Source: Antedon mediterranea (Eukaryota; Animalia; Echinodermata). From it: a stretch of DNA of 64,000 bases. Position 1 is the stretch's first letter. Each line of letters starts with the position of its first letter. Shown piece by piece: positions 60,985-64,000 of the stretch. The translations under genes were made by a program, and so were the position numbers. Location: positions 16,165,432 to 16,229,431 of the forward strand of contig NC_092679.1 of NCBI RefSeq assembly GCF_964355755.1. Reading direction: 5' to 3'. The notes below the pieces were generated by a model. It did no database searches. It saw nothing but the letters and a program-made list of their open reading frames with translations, and was not told the DNA's origin.

Positions 60985-62045
60985 AAAGGCTTTAAATACA
61001 GAACACCAGAGTAAAACTAAAATGATCACAAGACTTTAATAGTGAAAATGAAGGAGCATCTGACTATTTTAAATGTCAGGTGTTTTTTATTATAACGATG
61101 GACAGGAATTTCATATCTTTTTTTACATACAAACCACCAGATTAATTCTAAATTGATGGCAGGACTCCAGAGTCTTCTGTTAATGGGAAAAATGAAAGAG
61201 TATCTGACTCTTTGAATGTCAGGTTGTTTTTTTTATAGCGATGGACAGGACTTTCACATTTTTTTACATACAAACCACCAGGTTAAGTGATGGCAGGACT
61301 CTACAGTCTTCTGTTAATCGTGAAAATGAAAGAGTATTTGAATTATTATATATCGATGGACAGGAATTTCTTTAATGTTTCTTTAAATTCAGAACACCAG
61401 AAATAATCTGTGATTCAAAGTTTTCTGAATAGGAGAATATCTCACTATCTTTGAGTTTCAGAATAGCAGTAATATTGTAAATGAGAGAGTATCTGACTGA
61501 TTTGATTGTCAGAGATTTTTTCAAGTCATGGACAGGATTCTGAAGTGCTTCTTTAAATACAGAACACCAGTGTTAACTGTGATGGCATCCTCTGTTAATA
61601 GTGAAAATGAGAGTATCTCACTAATTTAAGTGTTTGAGTCCTTTATAAAACTGATGAAAACACAATACTAGAGCATGTCAATTTAAAGTTCTTTAAAAAC
61701 AAGTGATGGAGAGGACTCCAAAGTCTATCTTAAATACAGAACACCAGAGTTTATGGCAGGACTCACAAGGAGTCTTCTAATAGTGAAAATAAGAGTATAT
61801 CAATGTAAGTCACAACAGTGATTGAGAGGACTCCGAAGTCTCTCTTAAATACAGGACCAGTGATGGCAAGACTCCAGATTCATCTGTCAATAGTATAGTG
61901 AACTTGAAAGAATCTCACTAATCATGTCGGAGTTCTTAAACAAGTTAAAGTCTTTCTTTAAATACAGAACATCAGAGTAAAACTAATGTGAAATCAATAT
62001 TCATTGATTCTTAGTTTAATAGTAAACATGAGAATATCTCAGTCT
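60985..62045 (+). repeat. Array of diverged 120-190-bp repeats in the RIN 3' UTR
   Basis: Recurrent TTAAATACAGAACACCAG, GATGGCAGGACTCC, AATAGTGAAAATGA, GATGGACAGGA motifs; AATAAA at 62329-62334. Confidence 0.75.
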
Positions 62046-64000
62046 GTGGTGACCGTGAAATTAAAGAAGATTTTCCAGGAAATGATCTCTTTTGCTGCTA
62101 AAAATGTCTATAGTGTTTATATTGCTCATCTTGAATTATATATTTAATAAGAATTTAAGTATATTATTTTGTGAAATGCTGGCGTTTCTTTATATTATTT
62201 TATTATATACAGTATATATATATTATTTGTACAAAATACTTACCAGGTGACTAATTATGTATAAAGAATTGTGCTCATTTTAAATATTTATAAACGAATA
62301 ATCCATCCAAATAAGATGAAAATGAACTAATAAACTTGATAGTCCAGTCAAAAATCACCCTCACCATGGTATAAGAACGTACCCTAATAAAATTTCATCC
62401 GTAGGTTCTATGTATATAGGTAATAACATTTCTTGATGTTGCGTCTTGCAAAACTTGGGATTTTACGAGAAAATTAGACTTTTATACCCAATTTATAACC
62501 GCCTCATGTCGTATTATTGTGTACAGCGAATTCGACGAAGCGTGACTAAAATTACGAGACGCCGTTAGCGCCCATTGAAAAATACATTAACAAAGCTAAA
62601 AACCTACAAAATTAATAGTTTATACAATAATTTAAATATAGTTTACAATAAATTGTATAATAAAATACATAACATATAAAGAAAACCCAAGTATAATCTC
62701 AAATATTTACAGATATGTGTTTAAAAATGTACAAATCAAAATGGCCTTCCATAAAATAAAGTGCGCCCTCACTCGTCATACTTTTATCGGACTTGTATGG
62801 ATGGTTATACTGTACAGTACAAGGCATTAATATATGAAACACGATGCGGTTTGTTAGTTATTGCCTCTGCAAGAGGCAGAATATTATATTTTCACAAATA
62901 TATTTCTAATTTTTATCATGGAAAAAAAGAATTGTATATATTTAAACACATTACAACCTCCAGTATACCATCATGATGGATTAAGTGTATATTTGTATAT
63001 CTGCTGAAGCGTAATGATCTACTAGTTTTGCTGGTTTTATTTTTAGACATTCTTTTTTTTTCACAGCATTACTTGCGTGGATATCACAATGCATTGCATA
63101 TTTTGAACTATCATTCGCGATTATGATCTTAATTAGTGTAAGAACCAATCATTTAAGGATAATCCATTTCGTGTAGGCCTATACGAAAGATACTAGGATA
63201 GGATAAGATAAGTAGCCCTACTTTCACTTTCCAACAATTATTAAGAGCGTATCAAAGGGGCTGGTTGGCATTCGTCTGAATCAACATTTATCATTTTTCC
63301 CTTTCACCCGCCGATGCCCCCACTGCCAATGGGTAGGAGGAGCCGGTTTGATCCTCTCTGAATCCGTCTGGCCTTCACATCGTACCGATGTGTGAAGTTT
63401 GAGCCAATAAACGTCATTCATGACGATTCTTTAAGTTCGAAGTCGTCTTCCAGAATTCAAAGCATTCTAAATTTAAAGTATTTTCCCGTTTTTCCACCGT
63501 TCACATTTCACTAAATAAAAGAAAGTGAGAATGTTGGAGTGTGATTCGCGAGAAACGACATACTGTATTACCCAATTCTTCCAATTTTTTTAAGACGTGA
63601 CGTATATTAAATACTTTCTAATATAAAGTGTTTTGGTTGAGAGTAGTCCTACAATTATTATTGGACATTTTATACACAAAAGCATGTCATAAACGATCGG
63701 TTCACCTCCACGGCCTGAAAGTTCTCACTTGGGACAAAAAAGTAAAGTCCAGAACAAAAGTTTTATATGCATTTATTTCAAATATTGTTATCCGCCGAGT
63801 CCGACGCATTTTAATGCATTTAAATAAAATTTAAAAAGCTTGGGAGAACACAGTAGTTTAATTTGTTGGCTTATTCAAATGCTTATAAATGACGTTTAAA
63901 AGATGTAGGCTATTTTTCCCAAAAGTGAAGATGAACATTAATTAATTAATTAAATGTAAAAGAATAACACAGTTATCCGTCAGAAGTCTTCGAACAGAAA

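Noticed and set aside
63412-63466. Terminal coding exon of a minus-strand gene (ECFEFWKTTSNLKNRHE*)
   Set aside because: Weak acceptor, no upstream exon or homology recognisable in the window.

Overview
AT-rich, intron-rich eukaryotic DNA, most likely from an invertebrate animal (Deu/Nin-domain SINEs and Mag-type Gypsy elements; a marine deuterostome is plausible but unproven). It is not prokaryotic: no CRISPR array, operon or defence system is visible. Two + strand spliced genes were rebuilt by hand from GT-AG sites with consistent reading phases. (1) 3942-27904 encodes about 950 aa: the C-terminal half of a calponin-homology domain, a long low-complexity middle, and a coiled-coil plus SAM C-terminus resembling Drosophila SKIP, with two candidate alternative first exons. 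(2) 39319-60954 encodes a 1008-aa RIN/sprint-family Rab5 GEF (SH2, VPS9, RA). The introns hold two complete, young Ty3/Gypsy LTR retrotransposons (TSD, PBS, PPT, intact ORFs, IxDD in place of YxDD in the RT). They also hold a 2.3-kb foldback element with TGT..ACA ends and a 5-bp TSD, a composite 5S-tRNA-Deu SINE, a Helentron-type non-autonomous element, Kolobok/Harbinger/Tc2/P-like MITEs, LINE relics and minisatellites. A GC-rich hairpin cluster with SECIS-like cores lies near the right end. All family assignments come from motif recognition, not database searches.
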